Assembly (NCBI GenBank): GCA_030651305.1
Contig: JAUSCI010000073.1
Span: 5,155-69,154, forward strand
Direction: 5' to 3'
Origin: Sulfuritalea sp.
GTDB lineage: Bacteria > Pseudomonadota > Gammaproteobacteria > Burkholderiales > Rhodocyclaceae
DNA length: 64,000 bases
Below the pieces are notes generated by a model. The model saw nothing but the letters and a program-made list of their open reading frames with translations, did not search any database and was not told the DNA's origin. The position numbers and the translations under genes are program-made. Shown in pieces: positions 44,361 to 54,343 of the stretch. Within the stretch, counting starts at the first letter, position 1; each line of letters begins with the position of its first letter.

Positions 44361-45812
44361 ATGAACGCCAAGCGCGCCAAGACTCCGAAGAACTCTGCCA
44401 CCAAACTGTTCGTGCTCGACACCAATGTGCTGATGCATGATCCCTTGAGTCTCTTCCGTTTCGAAGAGCACGACATCTACGTGCCGATGATGACGCTGGA
44501 GGAACTCGACGCCAACAAGAAAGGCATGTCGGAAGTCGCGCGCAATGCCCGCCAGACCAGCCGCCTGCTCGATGAGATCGTCACCGGCGCCGAACATAAC
44601 ATGGCCAAGGGCATAGATCTCACCGGCCCTTCGCGCGCACTGGCAACCGGCCGCCTGTTCCTGCAGACCGAGGCCATCAACGGCATCCTGCCGAGTTCGC
44701 TGCCGACCGCCAAGGCCGACAACCAGATCATCGGCGTGGTCATGTATCTGGGCCAGAAGTTCCCCAAGCGGCCGGTGATCCTGGTCACCAAAGACATCAA
44801 CATGCGCATCAAGGCCCGCGCGCTGGGCCTCGAAGCACAGGACTATTTCAACGACAAGGTGCTGGAGGATACCGATCTCCTCTATACCGGCACCCTCGAA
44901 CTTCCGCCGGATTTCTGGGATAGCCACGGCAAGGGCCTGGAGTCGTGGAAGAAGGAGAGCCGCACCTATTACCGTATCAAAGGCCCGCTGTGCCCGGACC
45001 TGCTGGTCAACGAGTTTGTCTGGCAGGAGGGTCCACAACCACTTCAGGCCTGGGTGAAAGTCGGCTCTGGCAGGACGGCGGAACTCGAAACCATCATCGA
45101 CTACAGCCACGCCAAGAACGCCGTGTGGGGTATCACCGCACGCAACCGCGAACAGAACTTCGCCCTCAACTTGCTGATGAATCCCGACATCGACTTCGTC
45201 ACGCTGCTCGGTCAGGCCGGCACCGGCAAGACGCTGCTGACGCTTGCCGCCGCCCTGACGCAGACACTGGAGACCAAGCTCTTCGCTGAAATCATCATCA
45301 CCCGCGTCACCGTTCCCGTCGGTGAGGACATCGGTTTCCTGCCCGGCACGGAGGAGGAGAAAATGACGCCGTGGATGGGTGCGCTGGAAGACAATCTGGA
45401 AGTGCTCAACAAGCCCGCCGAAACCCCGACCGGCGGCCCCGCTGCCGGCGCTGGCAGCTACGGCGGCGACTGGGGCCGCGCCGCGACGATGGACCTGATC
45501 CGCAACCGGATCAAGATCAAGTCGCTCAACTTCATGCGCGGCCGCACCTTCATGAACAAGTTCCTCATCATCGACGAGGCGCAGAACCTGACGCCGAAAC
45601 AGATGAAAACCCTGATCACCCGCGCCGGTCCGGGCACCAAGGTGGTTTGCCTCGGCAACATTGCCCAGATCGACACGCCCTACCTCACCGAAGGCAGTTC
45701 AGGCCTGACCTACGTGGTGGATCGCTTCAAGGGTTGGTCGCACTCTGGCCACGTCACGCTGCAGCGCGGCGAGCGGTCAAGGCTCGCCGATCACGCGGCG
45801 GAGGTTCTGTAG
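44361..45812 (+). CDS. PIN-PhoH family protein (PhoH2/YlaK-like)
   Basis: N-terminal PIN domain (VLDTNVLMHD...DNQI...TKDINMR) plus PhoH ATPase (GQAGTGKT, MRGRT, IIDEAQN). Confidence 0.92.
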   Translation: MNAKRAKTPKNSATKLFVLDTNVLMHDPLSLFRFEEHDIYVPMMTLEELDANKKGMSEVARNARQTSRLLDEIVTGAEHNMAKGIDLTGPSRALATGRLFLQTEAINGILPSSLPTAKADNQIIGVVMYLGQKFPKRPVILVTKDINMRIKARALGLEAQDYFNDKVLEDTDLLYTGTLELPPDFWDSHGKGLESWKKESRTYYRIKGPLCPDLLVNEFVWQEGPQPLQAWVKVGSGRTAELETIIDYSHAKNAVWGITARNREQNFALNLLMNPDIDFVTLLGQAGTGKTLLTLAAALTQTLETKLFAEIIITRVTVPVGEDIGFLPGTEEEKMTPWMGALEDNLEVLNKPAETPTGGPAAGAGSYGGDWGRAATMDLIRNRIKIKSLNFMRGRTFMNKFLIIDEAQNLTPKQMKTLITRAGPGTKVVCLGNIAQIDTPYLTEGSSGLTYVVDRFKGWSHSGHVTLQRGERSRLADHAAEVL

Positions 45813-45864
45813 CGACCACACCAGCCCGGTCGCCCGACGAACCAATCCTGGAATTCAAGACCAA

Positions 45865-45959
45865 TTAGCCACAGAGCACACAGAGAGCACAGAGAAAAGC
45901 ATGTGGTATTGCTCTGTGTCCTCTGTGATCTCTGTGTCCTCTGTGTCCTCTGTGGCTAA
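45865..45959. repeat. Intergenic inverted repeat of 9-bp NN-CACAGAG units, 3 left and 5 right (element C)
   Basis: CACAGAG at 45870/45879/45888; CTCTGTG at 45912/45921/45930/45939/45948; outer TTAGC/GCTAA; 17-bp spacer. Confidence 0.93.
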
Positions 45960-46001
45960 CGGTTTTGCATTTCGCACGTTGACCTGCACTGAAATTTTGC
46001 T

Positions 46002-47405
46002 TCAGTTTCTGTAGGACGAGCCTGAAGCGAAATTCTCAAACTTGGCGTATTCCGCGATGAAGGTCAGCGGCACCATGCCGACCGGGCCATTGCGGTGCTT
46101 GCCGATGTTCGCCTCGGCCTTGCCCTTGTCCTGCGTGTCGGGCTTGTAGTACTCCTCCCGATACATCATCACGATGATGTCGGCGTCCTGTTCGATGGCG
46201 CCCGACTCGCGCAGATCGCTCATCAGCGGGCGCTTATCGTTGCGTTCCTCGACCTTGCGCGAGAGCTGTGACAGGGCGACGATCGGCACCTGCAATTCCT
46301 TGGCCAGCGCCTTGATCGAGCGCGATATCTCGGAAATTTCCGTGGCGCGGTTTTCACCATCGCGGTTGGAACTCATCAACTGCAGGTAGTCGATGATGAT
46401 CAGGCCGAGCTTGCCGAACTGCCGGTGCAGACGCCGGGCGCGGGCGCGCAGGTCGGTCGAGTTGATGGCGCCGGTCTCGTCGATATGGATCGGCGCTTCG
46501 TGCAGTTTGCCCAGCGCCACGGTCATGCGATCCCACTCGTCATCGGTCAGGCGACCGGTGCGCAGCTTGCTCTGGTCGATGCGGGCGACCGACGAAAGGA
46601 AACGCGTGGCGATCTGCGGACCGGACATTTCCAGGCTGAAGATCGCCACCGGCAGCCTCAGTTCGACGCCGACATGCTCGGCGATGTTGAGCGCAAATGC
46701 GGTCTTGCCCATGGACGGGCGGCCGGCGACGACAATCATGTCGCCCGGCTGCAGGCCCGAGGTCATGCGATCGAGGTCGACGAAGCCCGTGGCTACGCCG
46801 GTAATGTCGGATTGGCTGTCGCGCGCCAGCAGGGATTCCATGCGCTCGACGACTTCACCCAGCAAGGGCTGAATCGCGACGAATCCATTGTTGCTGCGAT
46901 TGCCTGCTTCGGCGATCTGGAAGATGCGCTGCTCGGCATCGTCGAGCAGCGTCTTGACATCGCGCCCGGCGGGATTCAGCGCATTGCCGGCGATTTCGTC
47001 ACCCACGGTGACCAACTGACGCAGGATGGCGCGCTCGCGCACGATTTCGGCGTAGCGGCGAATGTTTGCCGCCGAGGGCGTGGCGTTGGCGATCTCGCCG
47101 AGATAGCCGAGGCCGCCGGTCTGATCGACTTCGTTCGACTGTTCGATGGATTCATACACCGTCACCACATCGGCGGGCCGACCCTGCTGTATCAGTTTGC
47201 CGATGTGGCGAAAAATCCGGCGGTGGTCATCACGATAGAAATCGGTTTCGCGCACCACATCGCCAATGCGGTCCCAGGCCACGTTGTCGATCAGCAGGCC
47301 GCCGATCAGCGACTGTTCTGCCTCGATGGAATGCGGGGGAAGTTTGAGCGCGGCGACTTGTGAATCGACCGGCTGCGGGGGATTAAAGGCACGGACCTGG
47401 GCCAT
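46002..47405 (-). CDS. dnaB: Replicative DNA helicase
   Basis: LPPHSIEAEQS, AGRPSMGKT (Walker A), IDYLQLM, LSQLSR and DLRESGAIEQDAD. Confidence 0.97.
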   Translation of the reverse strand: MAQVRAFNPPQPVDSQVAALKLPPHSIEAEQSLIGGLLIDNVAWDRIGDVVRETDFYRDDHRRIFRHIGKLIQQGRPADVVTVYESIEQSNEVDQTGGLGYLGEIANATPSAANIRRYAEIVRERAILRQLVTVGDEIAGNALNPAGRDVKTLLDDAEQRIFQIAEAGNRSNNGFVAIQPLLGEVVERMESLLARDSQSDITGVATGFVDLDRMTSGLQPGDMIVVAGRPSMGKTAFALNIAEHVGVELRLPVAIFSLEMSGPQIATRFLSSVARIDQSKLRTGRLTDDEWDRMTVALGKLHEAPIHIDETGAINSTDLRARARRLHRQFGKLGLIIIDYLQLMSSNRDGENRATEISEISRSIKALAKELQVPIVALSQLSRKVEERNDKRPLMSDLRESGAIEQDADIIVMMYREEYYKPDTQDKGKAEANIGKHRNGPVGMVPLTFIAEYAKFENFASGSSYRN

Positions 47406-47429
47406 CGCTGTCTCCGAATTGAAGCGCAG

Positions 47430-47510
47430 AGTCTACCCCGCACGGCAGCGGATGGTAAGTGGACAAGCTGTGGAAATGTTGTGGAGAAACTGTGTAAATG
47501 CAGTGGAGCA
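47430..47510 (-). promoter_or_regulatory. Predicted dnaB promoter with an adjacent phased array of five DnaA-box-like 9-mers
   Basis: -10 TAGACT (47430-35), 17 bp, -35 TTACCA (47453-58). Plus-strand AGTGGACAA, TGTGGAAAT, TGTGGAGAA, TGTGTAAAT and AGTGGAGCA start at 47458, 47469, 47480, 47491 and 47502. Confidence 0.6.
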
Positions 47511-47533
47511 AGTTCACGCACCGCAATACAAAA

Positions 47534-47560
47534 CGGGCCGCTGATTTTGTCAGCGGCCCG
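47534..47560. terminator. Terminator after rplI (T-runs on both sides)
   Basis: 11-bp stem CGGGCCGCTGA / TCAGCGGCCCG with a 5-nt loop. Confidence 0.8.
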
Positions 47561-47584
47561 CCTTTTTTTGGCTTGCAGTCGGGC

Positions 47585-48034
47585 TTACTGTTCGCCGAGC
47601 ACGGACACCGTCACCGTCACCACGACGTCGGTATGCAGAGCAATCTGGACCGGCGTATCGCCAACAGCCTTGAGCGGACCGTCGGGCAGGCGGATCGCCG
47701 ACTTCTCGATCTGGAAACCCTGTGCGGCAATCGCCTCGGCGATGTCGTGAGCCGACACGGACCCGAACAGGTGGCCATCAATGCCGGTCTTGCGGGTAAT
47801 TTGCAGCATCAGCCCTTCCAGCTTGTCGGCTTGGGCCTGGGCGGCAGCAACCACCTCGGCGTGGATACGTTCGAGTTCAGCGCGCTTTTCCTCGAATACC
47901 TTGCGGTTGGCTTCCGTCGCGCGCTTGGCCTTGCCTTGCGGAATCAGGAAATTGCGGGCATAGCCGTCCTTGACCTTGACCACATCGCCGAGGCCACCGA
48001 GGTTCACGACTTTTTCCATCAGAATGATTTGCAT
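47585..48034 (-). CDS. rplI: 50S ribosomal protein L9
   Basis: [34 protein letters not shown]; GHLFGSV. Confidence 0.97.
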   Translation of the reverse strand: MQIILMEKVVNLGGLGDVVKVKDGYARNFLIPQGKAKRATEANRKVFEEKRAELERIHAEVVAAAQAQADKLEGLMLQITRKTGIDGHLFGSVSAHDIAEAIAAQGFQIEKSAIRLPDGPLKAVGDTPVQIALHTDVVVTVTVSVLGEQ

Positions 48035-48110
48035 GGGATTCTCCTTCGCAGGGCCGCCCCAAGAAGGAGCAGCCAAAAATATGGAGCGGGCACAGCCCGC
48101 GAACAACTGT

Positions 48111-48147
48111 CACCCCCTTCCCCGGGAAGGGGGTTGGGGGGAAGGGC
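48111..48147. repeat. BoxC-like purine/pyrimidine-skewed palindromic element
   Basis: ACCCCCTTCCC-C-GGGAAGGGGGT hairpin followed by TGGGGGGAAGGGC; the minus strand reads GCCCTTCCCCCCAACCCCCTTCCC..., the CCCTCACCC-AACCCTCTCCC pattern of BoxC-like repeats. Confidence 0.6.
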
Positions 48148-48161
48148 TAGATTGTCCTCGC

Positions 48162-48440
48162 TTACTGGTGCAGGTCGGTGTAGGGCAGCAGCGCCAGGAA
48201 ACGCGCGCGCTTGATGGCGGTCGACAATTGCCGCTGATAGCCGGTCTTGGTGCCGGTAATGCGCGCCGGCATGATCTTGGCGTTTTCAGCGATGAAGTCC
48301 TTGAGGATTTCGACGTCCTTGTAGTCAATCTCTTCAATCTTCTCTGCCGTAAAGCGGCAGAACTTGCGGCGCTTGAACAGGCTGCGGCCCTTGTCGTCCT
48401 TGCGCTTTACACCGGTCTTGCTCTTAGGTTTGAATGCCAT
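48162..48440 (-). CDS. rpsR: 30S ribosomal protein S18
   Basis: RRKFCRF...IDYKDVEIL...PARITGT...[13 protein letters not shown]. Confidence 0.97.
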   Translation of the reverse strand: MAFKPKSKTGVKRKDDKGRSLFKRRKFCRFTAEKIEEIDYKDVEILKDFIAENAKIMPARITGTKTGYQRQLSTAIKRARFLALLPYTDLHQ

Positions 48441-48762
48441 TTTCAGTTCCTTCCACGAATTCGACTGTATTCACATGCAGCATCGGACTGCGTCGCTTGA
48501 GGCTCCTGGCGGCGAGAAAACCAGCCACCCTGATTCCATCCCCCGGCTTGGCTGCAAGCAGCACTTGCGCCGGCCGGCCCATTGCTACACAGGCCATCTC
48601 GCATTCCACCTTGCGCTCGACGTCGGCTTCGACCTGGGTCGAGACATGCGCGAGGAGAAATTCAAGAACCGGTATCCCGGCGGGGGTGCGACGCAATGCG
48701 CCGCGCTCAAGCAAGCGCCCCGACAACTGCGTCAGGTTGCCCGGCTTGTCCTCAGGCGGCAA
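48424..48762 (-). CDS. priB: Primosomal replication protein N (PriB)
   Basis: [13 protein letters not shown]...Q.EA...R.VE...GFLAARS; between rpsF and rpsR. Exact start uncertain. Confidence 0.9.
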   Translation of the reverse strand: MPPEDKPGNLTQLSGRLLERGALRRTPAGIPVLEFLLAHVSTQVEADVERKVECEMACVAMGRPAQVLLAAKPGDGIRVAGFLAARSLKRRSPMLHVNTVEFVEGTENGIQT

Positions 48763-49135
48763 CGGCAGCAGCCGGAGCCTCCACCTTGACTTCGCCCTGG
48801 GTCAACGAACGCGACTTCTCTTCCTTCATCATCGGCGAAGGAGTCACCACCGCCTTGCGCGTCTTCACCGTCAGGTGGCGCAATACGGCATCGTTGAACT
48901 TGAAAGCGTGTTCGAGTTCATCCAGGGTTTCGCCATCGCACTCGATGTTCATCAGCACGTAGTGGGCTTTATGCACCTTCTGGATCGGATAGGCCATCTG
49001 GCGACGCCCCCAGTCTTCGAGGCGATGGATGGCTCCGTTGCGGCCGGTGACCAGCGTCTTGTAACGCTCGATCATCGCCGGCACCTGCTCGGATTGGTCC
49101 GGGTGGACGATAAATACAATTTCATAATGGCGCAT
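48752..49135 (-). CDS. rpsF: 30S ribosomal protein S6
   Basis: [18 protein letters not shown]...[13 protein letters not shown]...FKFNDAVLR. Confidence 0.98.
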   Translation of the reverse strand: MRHYEIVFIVHPDQSEQVPAMIERYKTLVTGRNGAIHRLEDWGRRQMAYPIQKVHKAHYVLMNIECDGETLDELEHAFKFNDAVLRHLTVKTRKAVVTPSPMMKEEKSRSLTQGEVKVEAPAAAVAA

Positions 49136-49140
49136 GCAAT

Positions 49141-49197
49141 CTCCTTGTGGTTAGAGTTTCAGCCCCCCCGCATGCGTAACGGGTGGAGCAAGGGAAG
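49141..49197 (-). promoter_or_regulatory. S6:S18-responsive rpsF leader RNA
   Basis: Minus strand TTCCCTTGCTCCACCCG...CGGGGGGGCTGAAA...CAAGGAG: the CCTTG segment can pair with the CAAGG SD, matching the architecture of the known rpsF leader. Confidence 0.6.
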
Positions 49198-49363
49198 CCT
49201 GCCATTCTACCAAGCCGGATGGCTTGAAGCAATGTCCGGCTTATGGGTTGTCTCGCACCAAGCGGTCACCTGACCCAGCAACGCGCCTGCCGGGCGCCCC
49301 TCATTTTCGCCAATGGCGGCGCCAGCGACGATCAAGGGGCGGCAAGTCAGCCGCGACGGGCAA

Positions 49364-49813
49364 TCAACTGCGCTCGGCCTGCTTGGCGTAGAGGCGTACC
49401 AGCGCGAGTTGAACCGCATCCGAATGATGGCGAAAGTTCTTCTTGAGCGAATCGCTCGCGGCGGCGGTATTGCCGTCGTGAGCATCACTGAGAATACTGC
49501 CGGCGCAAATATGGAAATCGGAGTGAACCTTGCGCAATTGCGCATACTCGGGATAACCGGCAAATTCGTTTTTGGCAGCACCGTGAATCCATTTTCCCAA
49601 CGCACAATTGGAGTCGGCGGCTACAGTCGCCACATTCAAAGTCTCCCCGGCATCGCCTCGAATCTGGGCCTCCAGCCTGGTCTTCCATGCAGCATGCGCC
49701 TCAAGCGCCGCCTTCATGTCGAGCCCGTGGAGATGCTGCTCATTTTGTGTGAATTCCATTTTGTCCGGGGCTTCGCCGATCATCGTAGCTTTTAGCCATC
49801 CAAGAATGCTCAT
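49364..49813 (-). CDS. Stand-alone CZB (chemoreceptor zinc-binding) domain protein
   Basis: HAAWK...CALGKWI...HSDFH (3His/1Cys) signature; 149 aa with no other domain; visibly more AT-rich than its neighbours. Confidence 0.82.
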   Translation of the reverse strand: MSILGWLKATMIGEAPDKMEFTQNEQHLHGLDMKAALEAHAAWKTRLEAQIRGDAGETLNVATVAADSNCALGKWIHGAAKNEFAGYPEYAQLRKVHSDFHICAGSILSDAHDGNTAAASDSLKKNFRHHSDAVQLALVRLYAKQAERS

Positions 49814-49952
49814 CTTGTTTTCTCCCCTGAAAAAAAGAAATTCTAAAGGTCAGGCATGCACAATAACAATAATAATGCCCTAGGCTTACTAATTCCTTAC
49901 ATATCATAAGGTTAAATTAACCAATGGCAAACCGGGGCGATACGTGACGACG

Positions 49953-50138
49953 CTAGCCGCAGTAGCGCAAGCCCATCAGGTTCAGCAGCAATTCGGGCTG
50001 TCGATAGGCGCCAAAAGCCAGCACGGCGACCATAGCCGCCGCTATCAGGGTAATGGTCCACAAGGCCCGGCGTGAGCGATCCATCCGTGGCGACGAGGGC
50101 GTCTCGGGCTTTTCGGCGATTTCCTTGGTCACGTCCAT
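49953..50138 (-). CDS. Small single-pass membrane hypothetical protein (61 aa)
   Basis: MDVTKEIAEKPETPSSPRMDRSRRALWTITLIAAAMVAVLAFGAYRQPELLLNLMGLRYCG; the longer ORF-track start overlaps the upstream gene. Confidence 0.55.
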   Translation of the reverse strand: MDVTKEIAEKPETPSSPRMDRSRRALWTITLIAAAMVAVLAFGAYRQPELLLNLMGLRYCG

Positions 50139-50200
50139 CCGCACATACTCGGCAAGCTTGCCCGCCAAGTCAAGCCCGCTGGCCGACTTGCGCCAAAGCC

Positions 50201-50935
50201 CTAGAAGTTCTCGTTTTCCCGCAGGAAGCGCCACTGCCCCAAGGGCAGGTCGCCCAGACGCACGCGACCGATGCGCACCCGCTTCAATCCCGTTGCCCGC
50301 AGGCCGACCAGTTCGCACATGCGCCGGATTTGCCGCTTGCGGCCTTCTGTAAGCACAAAACGCAGTTGTTCGGGATTCGCCCAGGCCACCTGGGCCGGTC
50401 GCAGCTTTTTTCCATCCAGTTCGAGACCGTGGTTGAGCAGGGCGAGACCGCGCGGATCGAGCGCGCCTTCGACACGCACCAGATATTCCTTCTCGACCTT
50501 CGAATCATCGCCGATCAACTGACGCGCGACGCGGCCGTCCTGTGTCAGGACCAGCAAGCCGGTGGAATCGATGTCGAGCCGGCCGGCCGGCGCCAGGCCT
50601 TTCAGGTGCGAAAGCTGAAAGCGCTGATGATCCCCGGCCATCTGGGTTTTCGGCGAAATCAGGCTCACCGCCGGCTGGTGGCCGTCTTCGGCCTGGCCGG
50701 AGACATAGCCGATCGGCTTGTGCAGCAGGATCGTCGCCTGCCGCGCCTGCGTCGCGCGCGCCTCGGGGGCCAGGGTAATCACCGCATCGGCCGCGGCCCG
50801 GGTGCCCAGTTGCGTCACACGCTGGCCATCGACGAACACCAGTCCGCGCTCGATGAAGGCATCCGCCTCGCGCCGCGAGCACAGCCCGCGCTCGGCCAGA
50901 AGTTTGGAAACCCGGATTCCCTGCGTATCATTCAT
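50201..50935 (-). CDS. RsuA-family rRNA pseudouridine synthase with S4 domain (RluF-like)
   Basis: [30 protein letters not shown] and [12 protein letters not shown]. Confidence 0.88.
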   Translation of the reverse strand: MNDTQGIRVSKLLAERGLCSRREADAFIERGLVFVDGQRVTQLGTRAAADAVITLAPEARATQARQATILLHKPIGYVSGQAEDGHQPAVSLISPKTQMAGDHQRFQLSHLKGLAPAGRLDIDSTGLLVLTQDGRVARQLIGDDSKVEKEYLVRVEGALDPRGLALLNHGLELDGKKLRPAQVAWANPEQLRFVLTEGRKRQIRRMCELVGLRATGLKRVRIGRVRLGDLPLGQWRFLRENENF

Positions 50936-50959
50936 GGTCGCTCATTCTATCTTGCACCC

Positions 50960-51832
50960 ATGCTCAGCTATCGCCACGCCTATCACGCCGGCAACCACGC
51001 CGATGTCCTCAAGCACCTCGTGCTGATGCTTTGCATCGAGCACATGAACAGCAAGGACAAGCCCTATACCCTGGTCGATACCCACGCCGGCGCCGGTTTC
51101 TACGCCCTCGATGCGGAACACGCCAAACGCACCGGCGAGTATGTCCAGGGCATCGGGCGGCTGTGGGAGCGCGGCGACCTGCCGCCGCCACTGGCCGAGT
51201 ATGTGGCGCTGGTGCGCGCACTCAACGGCAGCGCCACGCTGCGTCGTTACCCTGGATCGCCGCGCATCGCCTCGAATTTGATGCGGGACACCGCCCAGGT
51301 GCGCGACACCCTGCGACTTTGCGAATTGCACTCGACCGACTTCGCCCTGCTGCGACGCCAGTTCAAGGATGCCGGCCGGCGCGTCACCGTGGAACAGGCC
51401 GACGGCTTCGAGGTGCTGAAGGCCGCGCTGCCGCCGCCCTCGCGGCGCGGACTGGTGCTGATCGACCCGTCCTACGAAATCAAGAGCGACTACATGAAAG
51501 TCGCCGCCGCGCTCAAGGATGCGCTGAAGCGATTTGCCACCGGCACCTATCTGGTCTGGCATCCGATGCTGCCCACAATTGAAGCCAACCATTTGCCCGA
51601 CAAGCTGAAAAAGTCCGGCGCCGGCCACTGGCTGCACGCCACGCTGAGCGTACGTGCGCCGGCTACCAAAGGCCGCGGCATGCACGGCAGCGGCATGTTC
51701 GTGGTCAACCCGCCATGGACGCTGGCCGCCACGCTGGAGGGCTGTCTGCCCTACCTCGCCACCACGCTGGGCCTCGACGATGGAGCGAACTGGAGCATCG
51801 ACCAGTTCGAGCAGGGCACGAAAAAGGACTGA
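50960..51832 (+). CDS. rlmJ: 23S rRNA m6A2030 methyltransferase
   Basis: MLSYRHAYHAGNHADVLKH, DTHAGAG, YPGSP and LIDPSYE. Confidence 0.95.
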   Translation: MLSYRHAYHAGNHADVLKHLVLMLCIEHMNSKDKPYTLVDTHAGAGFYALDAEHAKRTGEYVQGIGRLWERGDLPPPLAEYVALVRALNGSATLRRYPGSPRIASNLMRDTAQVRDTLRLCELHSTDFALLRRQFKDAGRRVTVEQADGFEVLKAALPPPSRRGLVLIDPSYEIKSDYMKVAAALKDALKRFATGTYLVWHPMLPTIEANHLPDKLKKSGAGHWLHATLSVRAPATKGRGMHGSGMFVVNPPWTLAATLEGCLPYLATTLGLDDGANWSIDQFEQGTKKD

Positions 51833-51844
51833 GGCTCCCGTTCA

Positions 51845-53836
<1,992 letters not shown>

Positions 53837-53860
53837 GATGTATTCCAGTTCTCCGGGCGA

Positions 53861-54268
53861 CTACAGACAGCTTGCGCGCATGGCTTCGGGCAGGGGAATC
53901 GACTTCCCCGCCGAGGGATTGATCCACACCAGCTTGGCGGCGCCTTCGGCGAACAAGCGCTCGTCGCCGACAATGCGTATTTCATAATAGGTCGGCACGC
54001 TGCTGCGTCCCGGCGTGCCACAGAACATGCGGCATTCGATGGTGCCTGGATAGGTCGCCGGAATCAGAAACGTGCAGCTGGCATTGACGATAACCGGACC
54101 TTGGTTCTGCTCTGCCGAAGGACCGTATCCGAGTGACTCCATCCACTCGATGCGCGCCTGCTCCATGTAACGAAAATAGACTGTGTTATTGACGTGTCCC
54201 ATGGCGTCCTGATCGCCCCAGCGGATGGGCATCCGGTTGCTGTAGACGAGTTTGCGGTGGTGTTCCAT
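53861..54268 (-). CDS. Acyl-CoA thioesterase (4HBT/YbgC hotdog fold)
   Basis: IRWGDQDAMGHVNNTVYFRYMEQAR motif. Confidence 0.9.
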   Translation of the reverse strand: MEHHRKLVYSNRMPIRWGDQDAMGHVNNTVYFRYMEQARIEWMESLGYGPSAEQNQGPVIVNASCTFLIPATYPGTIECRMFCGTPGRSSVPTYYEIRIVGDERLFAEGAAKLVWINPSAGKSIPLPEAMRASCL

Positions 54269-54343
54269 CGGGATGATGTCGGCAGGGTTGAGAGGGAGTT
54301 CGCGATTATAATCTTGCGATCAATCCAATCGATCGAGGTCAGC

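Noticed and set aside
47447-47530. DnaA-box array as oriC
   Set aside because: No AT-rich unwinding element, no perfect TTATCCACA box and no dnaA/gidA/parAB context; the spacer is only about 130 bp.
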